Shown piece by piece: positions 1-14,600 of a stretch of DNA of 64,000 nucleotides (its first letter is position 1; the number at the start of each line of letters is the position of its first letter). A model generated the notes under the pieces. The model was not told the origin of the DNA, searched no databases, and saw nothing but the letters and a program-made list of their open reading frames with translations. This DNA comes from Leucoraja ocellata (lineage: Eukaryota), in assembly GCA_036785375.1 (NCBI GenBank), contig JAWMAR010000064.1, positions 3,286,001 through 3,350,000 on the forward strand. Direction: 5' to 3'. The translations under genes and the position numbers were made by a program.

Positions 1-309
1 ACCATTAGCAATCCAGCATTCAGTCTTCCTCTCTAGCCGGTACAAAGGGATTTGATCTGTAATTATCAGAAAGAAAAACAATCCAAATTGCATCCTTATA
101 AGTAGATGTTCAGCATCATGATTTACAAGCACATGTCATATTTTACATGCTGCCCTCAGCTTGTGGAGGAGTTGCATCCCAGGGAATCATTACATTAAGT
201 AAAAGGTCATAAACTAATCTAGCCCGACCCATTAGCTTCAAAGTAAAAGTTCATGTTGCACGCCAGAATTCTGTTAAAAGTATTTGAAATAAATACTTCC
301 CAATCATAA

Positions 310-1115
310 CCCCCATGCCCCCGATCTATCACACTCCTCGTCCCTTTCTTCCTGACTCCCCCCCCCACACCCCCCCCCCCCCTTCCTCCAACACACATCT
401 GAAGTCTTATCCCATTTCCCTCACTCTTGGCTCCCCAATCTTCCTCCACCTTTTACATCCTCTTCTCCCACTCGAATCACTCAACTCCCACATATTTCCC
501 ATGCTCTTCCATTCTCTACTGTATTCCCATGCTCTCCTGCTCACCACGACTCACACTTTCTCCGCACACAATCCCCAGTTAATAACATTTTCCCTCCAAA
601 GCTTCACTCCTCTACCCAGCACCCACTTTACTCTACTTGTCTTTTTCCCTCCCTCCCTCCCTCCCTCCCTCCCTCCCTCCCTCAGCATTTCCTTCCTCCT
701 CCGCCTCCCACTTGCTCCTTTCCTCCCCATCCTTTATTTTCTTCCTATTTCTACCCTATTCTCTTTCCTGTTTCCTTCCTCCATACTCTTTCCCCTCCTC
801 TGGTGCTCTTCACTCTTTCTCCTCTATTTGATGTTCCATTCCCAGTGTTTTGCCCTCCTTGGCCTGTTGCTCTCCTCCATGATCCTCCATCTCCCAATTT
901 CTTCCCCTCTGCTCTCCGTTCTGTTCCTAACCCCACCTCCTCTATTTTCTTTCCTTCTTCTTCCACTGTCTATTTTCTTCATCCTCCCTCTCCTACCCAT
1001 TCTCAGCATCACCCCCCAGCTTTCTTCCCTAGTGTTCCCCTCTTTCCTTCCTTCTGCCCCTTCTCTTCCCACCACTTCCAACCTTTATTATCTTCCTCCC
1101 TGCTCATCTCCGCTT
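310..1115. repeat. Polypyrimidine/polypurine low-complexity tract with (CCCT)n
   Basis: About 800 bp strongly C/T-biased on +, with (CCCT)n near 647-682. Confidence 0.85.
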
Positions 1116-1139
1116 TGACGAAGAGGGGAATTGCTCTCC

Positions 1140-1557
1140 TTTTGATTGACCTTTCTTCCATTGTCAGAGTGAGGCTCAGCGCAAATTGGATGAACAGCAC
1201 CTCATATTTGGCTTGGGCAGCTTACACCCCAGCGGCATGAATATTTACTTCTCTAACCAAGTAATACTTGGTTTCCTTCTCTCCCCATCCTTCCCCCTTC
1301 CTAATTCTCTGAACAGTCTGACTGTCGATTAAATTTTACCTCTATTTGCTTCGTTGTCACCTTTTCCCAGCTAACAATTTTCTGCATTTTCCTTGAACCT
1401 CATCTCCTTTGATGTCTCATTTTGCCCTTCCTTACCTCTGTGTCTCCCTCTCCCCTGATTCTCACTGAAGAAGGGTCTCGACTCGATATATCGCCCTTTT
1501 CTTCTAACCAGAGATGCTGCCTGTCCCGCTGAGTTACTCCAGCAATTTGTGTCTATT
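1140..1557 (+). mobile_element. Penelope-like element 3' fragment (GIY-YIG C-terminus plus pLTR, degenerate hammerhead)
   Basis: 1183-1258 translates KLDEQHLIFGLGSLHPSGMNIYFSN, followed by ctgaagaagggtctcgactcgata at 1465 and the shared pLTR tail. Confidence 0.8.
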
Positions 1558-2454
1558 CCACCTATCACTTGCCAGGCAGAATCTCTGGTGAAAAAGGGTC
1601 CCCATTCGAAACGTCACCCATCCTTTTTCTCCAGAAACGCTGCCTAATCTGTTGAGTTACTCAAGCACTTTGTATTTACCTTCAGTATATACCAGCATCT
1701 GCTGTTCTTTTCTACACAAGTTTACAAAAAAAGACACAAAGTGCTGGGGTAACTCAGTGGGTCAGGCAGCATCTCTGGAAGACATTGATAGGAACATGGA
1801 AGGGTCCCGACCGGAAACATCACCTATCCATGTTCTTCAGAGATGCTGTGTGACCCGCTTTTTGTCTATTTTTACTTATGCTGGTTACTTATTATGCATT
1901 TTACTTATTGCAACAACTAACTGCTTTTATAATTTCCTTTAAATATTTTGCTAGTTTTATTTTAGCACTTTATGATTTTAATAGATCCCTGCATTATTTC
2001 TATCTCCTCGTTACCAATTCACAGCCCATGGAGATTCTTCCACAAGCTCTCCCAACATTTAAGATTTGAAAGGAATCTTTCTCTCATAAAGGGTGCATGG
2101 AACAAGCTGCCAAAGGAGGAGGTTGAGGCAGGGACTATCCCAACGTTTAAGAAACAGTTAGACAGGCAAATGGATAGGACAGATGTTTCAAAGGAACTGC
2201 AGATGCTGGAAAATCGAAGGTACACAAAAATGCTGGAGAAACTCAGCTGGTGCACCCGCTGAGTTTCTCCAGCATGTTTGTGCACTTTGGACAGGACAGG
2301 TGTGCAGTGATATGGACCAAACGCGGGCAGGTGGGACCAAAGATATTATAGCTCTGCTCTAAGATCTTTGGGTGGGACTGGTGTAGCTGGGACATGTTGG
2401 CCGGTGTGGGCAAGTTTCCATGATGTATCTATCACACTACGACTATGACTCTGA

Positions 2455-2691
2455 GCTCGCCCAACGGGAATGAAGGCTGCGAGCCGGGAACGCTCCTCCC
2501 CACATAGACGACGAGGTTGGCTGTCAGCAAAGATACTAGAGGAGTGGTCTATCTTGCTCCTCTAGTGTCTTTGGTTGTCAGGCAGTCAGAGGCGGAGTCG
2601 CGGCAATGGCTGGCGGCGCCTGAGCTGACTGACTGGTTGTCCACTCCGGTACCGGTACAGTCACCCAGACAGGCGGCCGCCGAGCATCGGT
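2455..2691 (+). promoter_or_regulatory. CpG-rich promoter / 5' UTR region of gucy1b1
   Basis: Local GC and CpG enrichment just upstream of the ATG exon; GC-box-like GAGGCGGAGT at 2589-2598; no clear TATA. Confidence 0.5.
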
Positions 2692-2694
2692 ATG
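2692..2694 (+). CDS. gucy1b1: gucy1b1 coding exon 1 (ATG only)
   Basis: cggtATG|gtgagt strong donor in a CpG-rich patch. Exon 2 begins at Tyr2 in phase 0 and so needs an upstream ATG. Confidence 0.88.
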
Positions 2695-5600
2695 GTGAGT
2701 GACCGACCGCCTGCAGTGCCTATGTTGTTTATGTATTCTCCCCACCACCACCACCACTGTCCCAATGAAGCTGCCACTGTAATGGAAGCACGGCGATTGC
2801 TGCTGTCTTCGGCATTTATTTCCTTTGGATGAAATTCTGCTATCTCCCCCCCCCCCTCCCCCCATCCCCATCCCCATCCCCATCCCTATCCCTTCTCATC
2901 ACCTTAATATCTGTTAAATGAGAATCGAATCCTTTCTAGCAGAGTTTCTTGAATTCCCCCAGAGTGCCGATGATGGAGTTAAATAAAACCGATCAGGATG
3001 GATGTTTCTAAATATATCAATGTTGTCTTATTGGCTGTCTATGGAGGGGAAGACAGTTGTGCTTCATGGCTTCCCCAGCATGTATTGGCCGTCCTGCTTT
3101 AAGACCATTTTAAATTCTCCCTCATTCAGTTCGTGCAAAAACGAATCACATTTTTGTATTTTTGTTTTTTTAATTTGCAGTATGGTTTCGTCAACCACGC
3201 CCTGGAGTTATTAATTCAACGCAATTATGGACCTTTGGTGTGGGAAAATATCAAGTAAGTGCCGCAGACATATATCTATCTCAAGGTTGCAGACATCTTA
3301 CAATTGCCTCAAGTTTACGCTCCTGTTCAGCGCGTTTCAAGGATTCTTGGGTTTGGAGACGAGTCAATAAATATTCGGTTGAAACATAAACAACGGCAAT
3401 CCAGAGGTCCTGGCTACAAGGGGAAACACTCCAGCACATACCTATGAATCATTTGGTGTCTGCTGGACATAACACACAAGTTTAAAAAAAAAATGCACTT
3501 TCGTTTTATGCTGCGAAGGATATTTTATTTTGCACGGTATCGTTTGTAGGGACACTGAGAGAAATGCACAATGACAGTTCTATTTGATTATCGAACAACT
3601 TGTCCAAATAGCTACAACAGCATTTACATGAACATTAAAGCACCAGCCATTTTATGCCGAAGATGTTTGGAATATTATTCGTATTGCACTGGTTTGAAGA
3701 TGTGCTGCAGGAAACATAGAGGGTTAATTCTTGCCAGAGCTGTGATAAGTCGGATATATATATATATAAGATTATCTTGTTCAATTGCACGTGTGTAATT
3801 AGCAATTAAGGAGCTGCTTGCTTTTTAATTTTCCAAATATAATTAAAGCTTACTTACATACAGTTTAAATAATCAAATACTCTTGAAGTTCTCTCCTGTA
3901 CATATATATATATATTTTTTAAAGTAGGGAATTCTACAGGAATGTTCATAAATTATGGGAACAGAATCAGGCCAATCGAGTCCACTCTGCCATTCAATCA
4001 TGGCTGATCAATCTTCCCCTTTCAACCCCATTCTCCTGCCGTCTCCCCATAACCATTGAAACCCTTAATTAATTAATTATCTGTCAATCTCCACCATAAA
4101 AATATCCAATGACTTGGCTACCACAGCTGTCTCAGACAATTAATTTCACACCCTCAGACTAATTGATTTCCTCCTCATCTCCTTTCTAAAGGTATGTCCT
4201 TTTATTCTGAGGCTATGCTCTCTGGTTCTAGACTCTCCCACTAGTGGAAACATCCTCTCCACATCCACTCTATCCAGGCCTAATTCGGTAAGTTTCGATG
4301 AGGGCCCCCTAAACCTTCTAAACATCAGTGAGTACAGGCCCAGTGCTGTCAAATGCTCATCATATGTTAACCCACTCATTCCTGGGGTCATTCTTGTAAA
4401 CCTCCAGTGGACCTTCTTCATTGTCAGCACATCCTTCCTCAGATATGTGGTCCAAAACTGCTCACAATACTCCAAATGCTGTCTGACCAGTGCCTTTTTG
4501 AGCCTCAGCATTACATCCCTGCTTTTGTATTCTAGTCCTCTTGAAATAAATTGTGTTTGCCTTCCTTACGACTGTACTTCCTTCCTGCACCACTACTCCC
4601 AAGTCCCTTTGCTCCTCCGATTTCTGAATCCTCTTTCCATTTAGAAAATAGTCTATCTCTTTATTTCTACTACTAAAATGTATGACTCCACACTTGTGTT
4701 TCACTGTATTCCATCTGTCACTTCTTAGCCCACTCTCCCAACGTGTCCAAGTCCTTCTGCAGACTCCCTGCTTTCTCTACACTTACCTGCCCTTCCACCT
4801 ATCTATGTATCATAGAAACATAGAAACATAGAAAATAGGTGCAGGAGTAGGCCATTCGGCCCTTCGAGCCTGCACCGCCATTCAATATGATCATGGCTGA
4901 TCATCCAACTCAGTATCCTGTACCTGCCTTCTCTCCATACCCCCAATACCGTGTGCTTTAAGTTTGTATACTAATCTCTTATGTGGGACCTTGTCGAAAG
5001 CCTTCTGGAAGTCCAGATATAACACATCCACTGGTTCTCCCTTATCCACTCTACTAGTTACATCCTTGAAAAACTTTATAAGATTCGTTAGACATGATTT
5101 ACCTTTCATCCGCAAACATGATCAAGAGGTCTTCAATTCCTCACCCAAATCATTGATGTACAACATGAAGAATAGTGGCCCGAGCACTGACCTCTACAGA
5201 ACACGGCTAGTCACTGGCAGCCCAACCAGAAAAAAGTCCCCTTGTTCCCACTCTTAGCCTTCTGCCATTCAGCCAATCTTCTATCTAGCTTTCCGGCTAG
5301 TATCTTCCTCCTAATACCATGGGCTCTCATCTTCTTTAGCATCCTCGTTGGCAGCACCTTATCAAAGGCCTTCTGAAAATTTGCAATGTTTATTGTGTAT
5401 CATATTTTCTCATCATGTTTTCTTGTTGCAGAAAAGAAGCACAGGTGGATGTGGAAGGACAATTTCTGGTACGGATAATATATGATGATTCTAAAACATA
5501 TGATTTAATCAGTGCAGCAAGCAAAGTCCTAAGTAAGTAGTTTTTTAATCTATATTACTATGAATTTTGATAATAGAACCATGAATGGATAATTTCATCA

Positions 5601-8600
5601 AAGTAAGCTATTTAACCTCTGTATCATGAGATCTATAGTTCAATTATTGAATTAGTTACCAAATGCTTTCAGCTACATTCACATAGTTGTGATTCATAAA
5701 TATTAATTTCTTCGTTTATGGTTAAGGCTCGTGGGATCAGACTTAATTGAATTTACTCCTAAGAAGACAACTTGCAATTATCCACATTGCTTTCGATGTA
5801 AAAAAAAAAGAACGTGGCGGTAACATTTTGTATATTTGCCTACATTTATACATTCACCTGTATAGCCCGTAAGGATAGATGCAATAACAGAGAGGGGAAG
5901 AGGAGTAAACATTTCTGGTTCATTTTCTTCCCCAGAGTACAATTCGACCTCAGCGAAAAGCACAAGTGCAAAATAATATGTTTGCCATTACGAAGGGTTG
6001 GAGAAATGAGGGCAAAAGGGGTTTCCACCAGTACTGGACCCATCCAATAAATGCAATTTATTTGATACATTCAATTCAAGGAGAAGGATAGTTATCGTGG
6101 TGTTGGAGGCAACCTTGAGCAGCAAGGCGTTCAGTGTGGATACGCAGAACAGTAATGCAATAGTCATCGAATGTTGAATAATTACATAGTATGAACTTTA
6201 GCAACGTTGATCTGTCCCAAAGGCTGCATTATGTTTTGGGGGCCAGAAAAATAAGGATATGTCAATGCATTGGAATTTGACAAGATTGAGAAGAATTAGT
6301 TTGCTGGATGTAGCATGGCTCACGATACACAAGAAGGGAATGGAAGGAGGTCACAATCATTAACATTGTTATTTCAGGTGAAAGTATTAATAAAATGACT
6401 GAAATTACCATAGTAGTAGTACTGCAAACCCTTATTTTAACGGACCTCTCTATAACAGATGTTGGTTTATAGTGGATGGAGCACGCCACCCCCTGCTCCC
6501 CGTCACCTGCAGCCCCGGCTGCCCACACCACCCCATGCTCCCCGTCACCTGCAGCCCCGGCTGCCCACACCACCACCGACTTGCGCCGCTTGCAGGCTGG
6601 ACCTTCTGCCGCCACTCTTGTTCCACAAAGCTTCCTCGACTGCATCCAGGCCGTGCCTGCCACCATCACCGCTGACCCTTACCTGTACTCCGGCTGCCCT
6701 GACCATTGCCTCTGCTGATCCTCACTCTCGCCCAGCCACCAGCAGGTCATGGCCATCAACTCACCTGGATTGTAGGCTTGCTACCGGACTGAGAGTCTGA
6801 AGAAGGCTCTTGATCCGAAACATAAGGTCATAAGTGATAGGAGTGGAATGAGGCCATTCGGCCCCTCATCTACTCCACCATTCAATCATGGCTGATCTAT
6901 CTCTCCCTCCAAACCCCATTCTCCTGCTTCTCCCCATAACCTCAGACACCTGTACTAATCAACCCCTCCGCCTATGGCCCATTATAAGGAGGGTTTACTA
7001 TACTTTAATTTAAAGGGCCCAAGGAAAGCAGGTTAGGATATTTTGTCCAACTAAGAATTTTAACACATACATTTGAATGAGGTCAAATTTGAGGGGCAAA
7101 TGGGCTTAGAATGTATGACATGGTGCACTTTTATTGTAGGGAGATAAATATTCTAAGTTGTAAGACCTTTTGAAAAGGATAGGGAAAAAAACAAGCAAGG
7201 TTGGCCTGTGATGAAAATGATTATCACAATATTGTAATGTATTGGACAAAACTGTAATGGATATAATTTGTGGGTTTAACAGCTTTGTGGCAGGACATTT
7301 TCATTCATAGATGAGTCTTGTAGGATAAAGTAAGGTTGTTTAGCCACCAAGAGCTGAGAAGTACCAAAATTAAAAGGCTATTAAAAGAATTTCAATGGAT
7401 ATTTTAAAAACAGAGACAGATAGATTCTTGTGTAGGAAGGAACTGCAGAAGCTGGTTTAAACCGAAGATAGACACAAAAAGCTGGAGCAGCTCAACGGGA
7501 CAGGCAGCATCTCTGGAGAGAAGGAATGAGGGACGTTTATGGTCATGACCTTTCTTCAGGTGATAGGTTCTTGATTAGTACGGGTGTCAGGGGTTATTGG
7601 GAGAAGGCAGGAGAATGGGGTTGGGAGGGAGAGATAGATCAGCCATGATTGACTGGTGGAGGAGACTTGATGGGCCAAATGGCCCAATTCTGCTCCTATC
7701 ATTTAAGACCTTATGACTATACAATAGTGTGACGGTTGTGGAAGCAAAATAATTGAGGGAATTGAAAAGTGATGTACTAGAACATATCAATATTGCAAGA
7801 GAGAGTGTACTGGCAATTTTATGGCAGATTAAGGTGGATAAATTCTTGTGGCCTGACCAAATTTATCCAAGGACGTTGTGAGAAGCTTGGGACAAAATTG
7901 CAGTGGGCTGGCCAGGTCAAATATAATGTGAGCCTTTCAACATCAGATGTAAGAAGTGTTATAAATGAAAGTAAGGAAGTGACAAATTTATAAAATTAAT
8001 ACATTGTGGCAAAGTAACACCCTTGAAGGCTGAATTGGTGCTTTCTAGGGTTTTAAAGTAAACGGGTAAAGAAATTTCAGGCACCTTTGCTACAGTATAT
8101 ACTTTCAAAGCTATACATGACTGCATTGTGTCGGTCAGGTTAGAGTCTCAGAGCCATAAAAAACTGTTTGAGGCAACTATAGGCAATGGTGGAGGGACTG
8201 AACACAGACAAAACTGAAATTTAAAATCAACATGGGTTTGTAAAGATTTGCATAGGCTTAATTAATGTAACAGAATAGCACTGTTAATTCATTTGAACTT
8301 CAATTAAGCATTTGAGATAGCTGCTACACATGAATCTAAGAAATAAATTAGGAGTAAGCCATTTGGTCCCATGTGTTTGCTCCACCATTCAGTAAGGTTA
8401 CGACTGACCCTTTACCTCTGCACCATTTTCCTGCACCTAAACCATGTCCCTTGATTCCCTTCACAACCAAAAATCTATCAGCCTGCGTGATCTCTTGGCA
8501 GATGGGCCACAGCAACGCTCCACAGTCATACCACATCTAATCATGAATGGTAATTAACAATTCATTGTTCAGATTGTCGAAGGCGGTAGTTGAGGCAGGT

Positions 8601-11600
8601 TCTATTGCAAAGTCTAAGACACATTTAGACAGGTACATGGATAGGATGGGTGTGGAGGGATTGGGCTAAATGCAAGCAGGTAGGACTAGTGTAGATCGGA
8701 CATGTTGGTCGGTGTGAGCAGGTTGGGCTCTAGGCTCTGTTTCCATACTGTGCGACTATGACTACTCTGGGTGTGCTCTGTTTATTAAAATCTATTTTAT
8801 TTTTATTCGTATTTTATTATCAATTTTTCTCTTTTTTTTTCTTTCTTTAGTTTAGTTTAGTTTTGTTTTTTTTCCTTTTTTCCTTTTTTCTTTTTCTTTT
8901 TGTCTTTTTATCTTTGCGTTTTTTTTTACATTTATAAGTTTCCTTTTAAAGATGTAACTACATAGAGACCGGGAGGTCTATATTCATTGTGTATTTTGAC
9001 ACGGGTCTCATATTAGGTTTTACCTGTTATTAATGTAATCCTGATCCTTATGTATCAATACCATTGTTATGTTTGTCATTATTCTTTTTGCTCTGTTTTT
9101 TATGTTTTATTTTTGCTTTTTTTGGGTGTGCTCTTACAAGGTCTTTTATAGGTGCAGTTCATACCGAACCCATTGAAATAGACACCAACATTTTAGCTGG
9201 CATGCTAGCTCTTGGTCTTTCATGCACAAGGACTACCACGCCCTTTGTGCTCCAGCATTCTGTGTTTTTCCTTCATATTCCACTGATTTATTCATTTTTC
9301 ATATTTTCCCATTTTATACCATCTTTGCTAACTTTTTATCCACTTAACTAATTCAATGATCTAGGAATATTTCTATAAACTGTTTGTTGCCTTTGCCTTT
9401 CTATGGTCTTCTTCCTATCGAGTCCACACACGAGATTAGAAGTTGTTCAGCCAGTGTTGAACACACTTCTCGGCATCTGCATACAATGGTGTCTGTCTTG
9501 TTGCTTCTTGTGCGTGGTGGTGGAAAGATTGGTGAAAACAGGGCTGCGACGTGAATGCTCTTTCCCTGACACTACTTTTCTACAGTAAAAATTCACCCTG
9601 GCACAAAATGTGCATTATTGGATGTTTCTTTGTTCCGTGTAGCATCTGATATTTAAGTCATTCCCATTATATCATCAGTCATGAATTAATTTGTGTGACA
9701 AGTTACTCAGCTTCCACAGACACAACTAGGTCATAAACAATCTTGTTTGAGATATTTGGAATGAGACCCAACAGCATGTTCTGTGATCATTTCTTTCCAG
9801 AAATAAATGCTGGTGAAATACTACAGATGTTTGGGAAGATGTTTTTTGAATTCTGCCAAGAATCTGGCTATGATACAATCCTTCGTGTTCTAGGCTCCAA
9901 TGTTCGTGAGTTTTTGCAGGTAAATACATCATATTTCTGTTTTGAACAGCTAAACATCGATTATGTTTAAGTACTGGTCCACAGAAAGCTAGTTCAATAA
10001 CCTGAATTAAAGTATTAAAATTTATTACCCAACATTACGCCTTTTCTTGAGCTGAATGCCACTCTTTTGCTCTTCGTGGAATTGCATATTTCATGAAAGC
10101 ATCGTATTAATTAAACATTTCAGAATCTGTCAATGGTAACTTTATTTTTCAACACCTGTTTATGAAGCTTATTTTAAATGTTAAGTATTTTGTGGAATAA
10201 AAAGTAACAGCTGGCTATGATTGTTTTTTTGATAATTAAAATTCTTTATTTCCTGCAGCAATATTATGCTACTAATATAATCAAGTTGGTCATTATGAAT
10301 GAATGAATAAGTTTATTGGCCAGGTAGACAAAAATGTTGGAGAAACTCAGCGGGTGAGGCAGCACCTATGGAGCGAAGGAAATAGGCAACGTTTATTGGC
10401 CAAGTATTCACATACAAGCAATTTGCCTTGGTGCTCTGCCCGCAAGTGACCACATGACATACAGTGACAGTTAAGAATGATACATAAAACATTAAACATT
10501 AATAATAAAACATTATTGATTAAACGTGTGAATTAAATAAAATACCTGAGCAAAAGGAGGCTACAGATTTTTGGTTATTGAGTGGTGCTACTACTCATGG
10601 GGAAAAAAAGCTGTTTTTATGCCTGGCTGTGGCAGCTTTGACAGTCTAGAGTTGCCTTCCAGAGGGAAGTGATTCAAAGAGTTTGTGGCCAGGGTGAGAG
10701 GGGTCAGAGATAATCTTACCCGCTCGCTTCCTGGTCCTTGCAGTGTACAGTTCGTCAATGGAGGGAAGGTTGCAACCTTTTCAGCTGATCGGACAATTTG
10801 CTGCAGCCTCTGGATGTCGTGCTTGGTGGCTGAGCCAAACCAGACCATGATGGAGAAGGTGAGGACAGACTCTACGATGGCCGTATAGAATTGGACCATC
10901 ATTGCCTGTGGCAGATTGTGTTTCCTCAACTATATTGTGGAATGGAACATATAATAGTGTTTAGTTTAGAGATACAGTGCAAAAACAGGCCCTTCAGCCC
11001 ACCGAGTCCACACCGCCCAATGATCCCTGCACATTAACACTATCCTACACACACTGGGGACAATTTACATTTATACCAAGCCAATTAACCGACAAACCTG
11101 TATTTCTTTGGAATGTGGGAGGAAACCGAAGATCATGGAGAAAACGCACGTGGTCACATGGAGAATGTTCAAACTCTATACAGACAGCACCCGTAGTCAG
11201 GATCAAACCCAATTTTATTGGTACTGTAAGGCATGCTGTGTCACCGTGTCATGCTTTGGACATATTTCTGTCTCAGATTCAGATATTAATGCAGAGTACT
11301 GGCAAGCACAAAGTTTAATTCATCTAAAACAGAGGAAACTAATCTGGAAAATAATAGATACAGGGGTAAAATACCATAATATTTTCTAAAAGATCAGATT
11401 TTAAAACATTCAGTGCAGAGATAGATTGAAAAAAGTGAGCCACGATTTCTTAAAAGTTGACTAAACTGCCAGAGCGAAATCTTGGAAAAAGTAATTATTA
11501 ATATAGCATGGACTTTTTGCTTGTTTTTGATAAGTGCTACTAAAAGTTCTCGTTTTGAGTATATATTTAGTTTAGTTTAATTTAGAGATAATTGTAATTG

Positions 11601-14600
11601 TAATTGTAAATCTTTATTGTCATTTCCTGAGTATTCGCATACTCAGAGGAAACAAAAAAACGTTTCTCAACCAGTGTCCGTTCAGTTTTCGTTACAAAAT
11701 AAATAGCAATTAAAATTAAAATACAGTCATGAACAATTTAACCCTCTAATAACATTCAATAACATTCAACAGCCGTTCCGACCGGCAGCGGCACAACAGT
11801 GGCTCTGCTGCAGTGTGGGGGGTTTGTGCGCGATACTTGGCAGGGGGGAAAGTTCATTTAACAGTCTTATAGCCTGTGGGAAGAAGCTGAGGAGCATCCT
11901 GCTGGTTTTGCAGCTGATGCTCCTGTACCTCTTCCCAGATGGGAGGATGGTGAAAAAGTCATGTGATGGGTGGTAAGGGTCTTTGATGATGGAGATGGCT
12001 CTGTTGATGCATCTCTTCTTGTATATGTCCAGCAGGAAGGGGAGTGGAGCAGATACAGCATGGAAGCAGGCCCTTCGGCCCACCGAGTCTGCGCCAACCA
12101 GCGATCCCCGCATATTAACACATTCCTCCACACACTCAGGACAATCTTATACATTTAACAAGCCAATTTACCTACATACCTGTACATCTTTGGAGTGTGG
12201 GAGGAAACTAAAGATCTCGGAGAAAACTCAGGCGGTCACGGGGAGAACGTACAAACTCCTAAGTCAGCACCCGTGTGTATTGGATATAGTTTGGGAAATA
12301 GAATTCGTTGCGACAGAAAATTGCCAGTAAGCAAGATTTTTCTTCCCAATTAATAGAAGAGGTCATCGCTTCCAAATTGGATCTGGTGATGATCCCATTC
12401 TATAGAGGTGATTGAGTTAAGTAGCTGCTGCTGTGAAGATCCAGGGAGAGGGCGCAGTGCACCTCAGTGTCACTGTGCACACTCATGATAAATTCATCAA
12501 ATCCATCAAATCTCTGCTCTCTGATATCTACATCAATTTGCTGTATTGTAAGTACAGAGTGATGCCCAATAGTGCAGTCATTCAGATCTTTCAGGAAATT
12601 CATACAGCATGGAAAAGGGTCATTTGGCCCATTGACTGTGCTGGTTGATCATTGAGCACCCAATTGCACATTCTATTCTCACCATATTCTCATCAATCCC
12701 CACCCACTTCCCTTCCCCCCTCTCACATTCTATCAGCCACCAACATTAGGGACAATTCACTGTTGCCAGTTCACCTCTATTTATTTATCTATCTATTTAT
12801 TTTATTATTTTATTATTTATTTCGAACAGAATAAAAGAATAAAAAGCAAGTGTGAAACAGCATACAAAAAACAAAACAAGAATATTTATAAAGTGTCATG
12901 AACAATATCTATAAATAAATTAAATCGTATGTGTCCGAAAAGGAGCAGGAAGAAGCCAAAGCTTATTAATTCCCACCCCTTATTCAACAGCTTGTAATTA
13001 TCTTATACAAATTTAGCAGCTATATGTACACCAGCCACACTATGTACATAAAATTATTTACATTTATACACTAATCAAATATTTACAAAGCCATACAAAA
13101 AATAAAAAAATAAAAAGAAAAGAAAAAACCCTCATATACTATACAGTATCTTAGTCATATATACAACCCATCACTCTATAATCACCCTTCCCAATATAAT
13201 CCCACTCACAATCACCTATCCTCATCCCAATATCCTTTTAAACAAGTGTTTTTGTACATCTTTTTAAACTGAATTATGCTTGTGCTAAGTTTCATCTCCT
13301 GTTCCAGACCGTTCCACAAATTCACACCACAGATTGCTATGCACATACTTTTAAGAGTTGTTCTGACATGGATTTTTTAAAAATTATGTTCCCCTCTCAA
13401 ATTATACCCTCTCAAATTTTGAGAGAAAAAATAACAGAGCATTTGGGTTCTACAGGAACAGAGTACTGAATTTGGATGAAATGCCAGGATCATGTTGAAT
13501 CAAGGAGCAGGCGTTAAGAGCCAACTTCAGATTCAGATTCAACTTTAATTGTCATTGTCAGTGTACAGTACAGAGACAACGAAATGCAGTTAGCATCTCC
13601 CTGGAAGAGCGACATAGCATATGATTTGAATAAATGTTTACATTAGCATATATAAACAGACATAGTGTTTTTCCTGTGGGAGGAGTGTCCGGGGGGGGGG
13701 GGGGGGGGGGTGATTGGCAGTCACCGAGGTACGTTGATGAGTAGAGTGGCAGCCGCCGGGAAGAAGCTGTTCCTGGACCTGCTGGTCCAGCAACGGAGAG
13801 ACCTGTAACGCCTCCTGGATGGTAGGAGGGTAAACAGTCCATGGTTGGGGTGAGAGCAGTCCTTGGCGATGCTGAGCGCCCTCCGCAGACAATGCTTGCT
13901 TTGGACAGACTCAATGGAGGGGAGCGTGGAACCGGTGATGCGTTGGGCAATTTTCACCACCCTCTGCAAGGCCTTCCGGTCGGAGACAGAGCAGTTGCCA
14001 TACCATACTGTGATACAGTTGGTAAGGATGCTCTCGATGGTGCCGCGGTAGAAGTTCACCAGGATCTGAGGAGACAGATGGACCTTCTTCAGTCTCCTCA
14101 GGAAGAAGCGACGCGGTGAGCCTTCTTGATCAGAGTTGAGGTATTGTGGGTCCAAGAGAGGTCATCGGAGATGTTAACACCCAGGAACCTGAAGCTAGAA
14201 ACACGTTCCACCTCCGTCCCGTTAATGTGGATGGGGGTGTGCGTGCCGCCCATGGACTTCCTGAAGTCTACAATGAGCTCCTTGGTCTTCTTGGAGTTAA
14301 GGGCCAGGTTGTTATCAGCGCACCATGCTAAGTGCTGGACCTCCTCCCTGTAGGCCGACTCATCGTTGTTGCTGATGAGGCCAATCACCGTTGTATAATA
14401 ATAATAATAATAATCTTATTTATATAGAAACATTTTTAGTCAACTTGCATTGACCCCAAAGTGCTTCACATAATTACATTACATTTACACACAGGCAAAG
14501 GTGGGTGAAGTGTCTTGCCCCAAGGACACAACGACAGTATGCACTCCAAGCGGGATTCGAACCGGCTACCTTCAGGTCGCCAGCCGAACACTTAGCCCAT

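Noticed and set aside
1-310. 3' end of the normally tandem upstream gucy1a1 gene
   Set aside because: No recognisable alpha1 coding sequence; it could be UTR or intergenic but this cannot be supported
315-1118. 267-aa L/P/S/F-rich ORF resembling a membrane protein
   Set aside because: Artefact of the pyrimidine-rich low-complexity tract, which lacks stop codons; no domain or splice support
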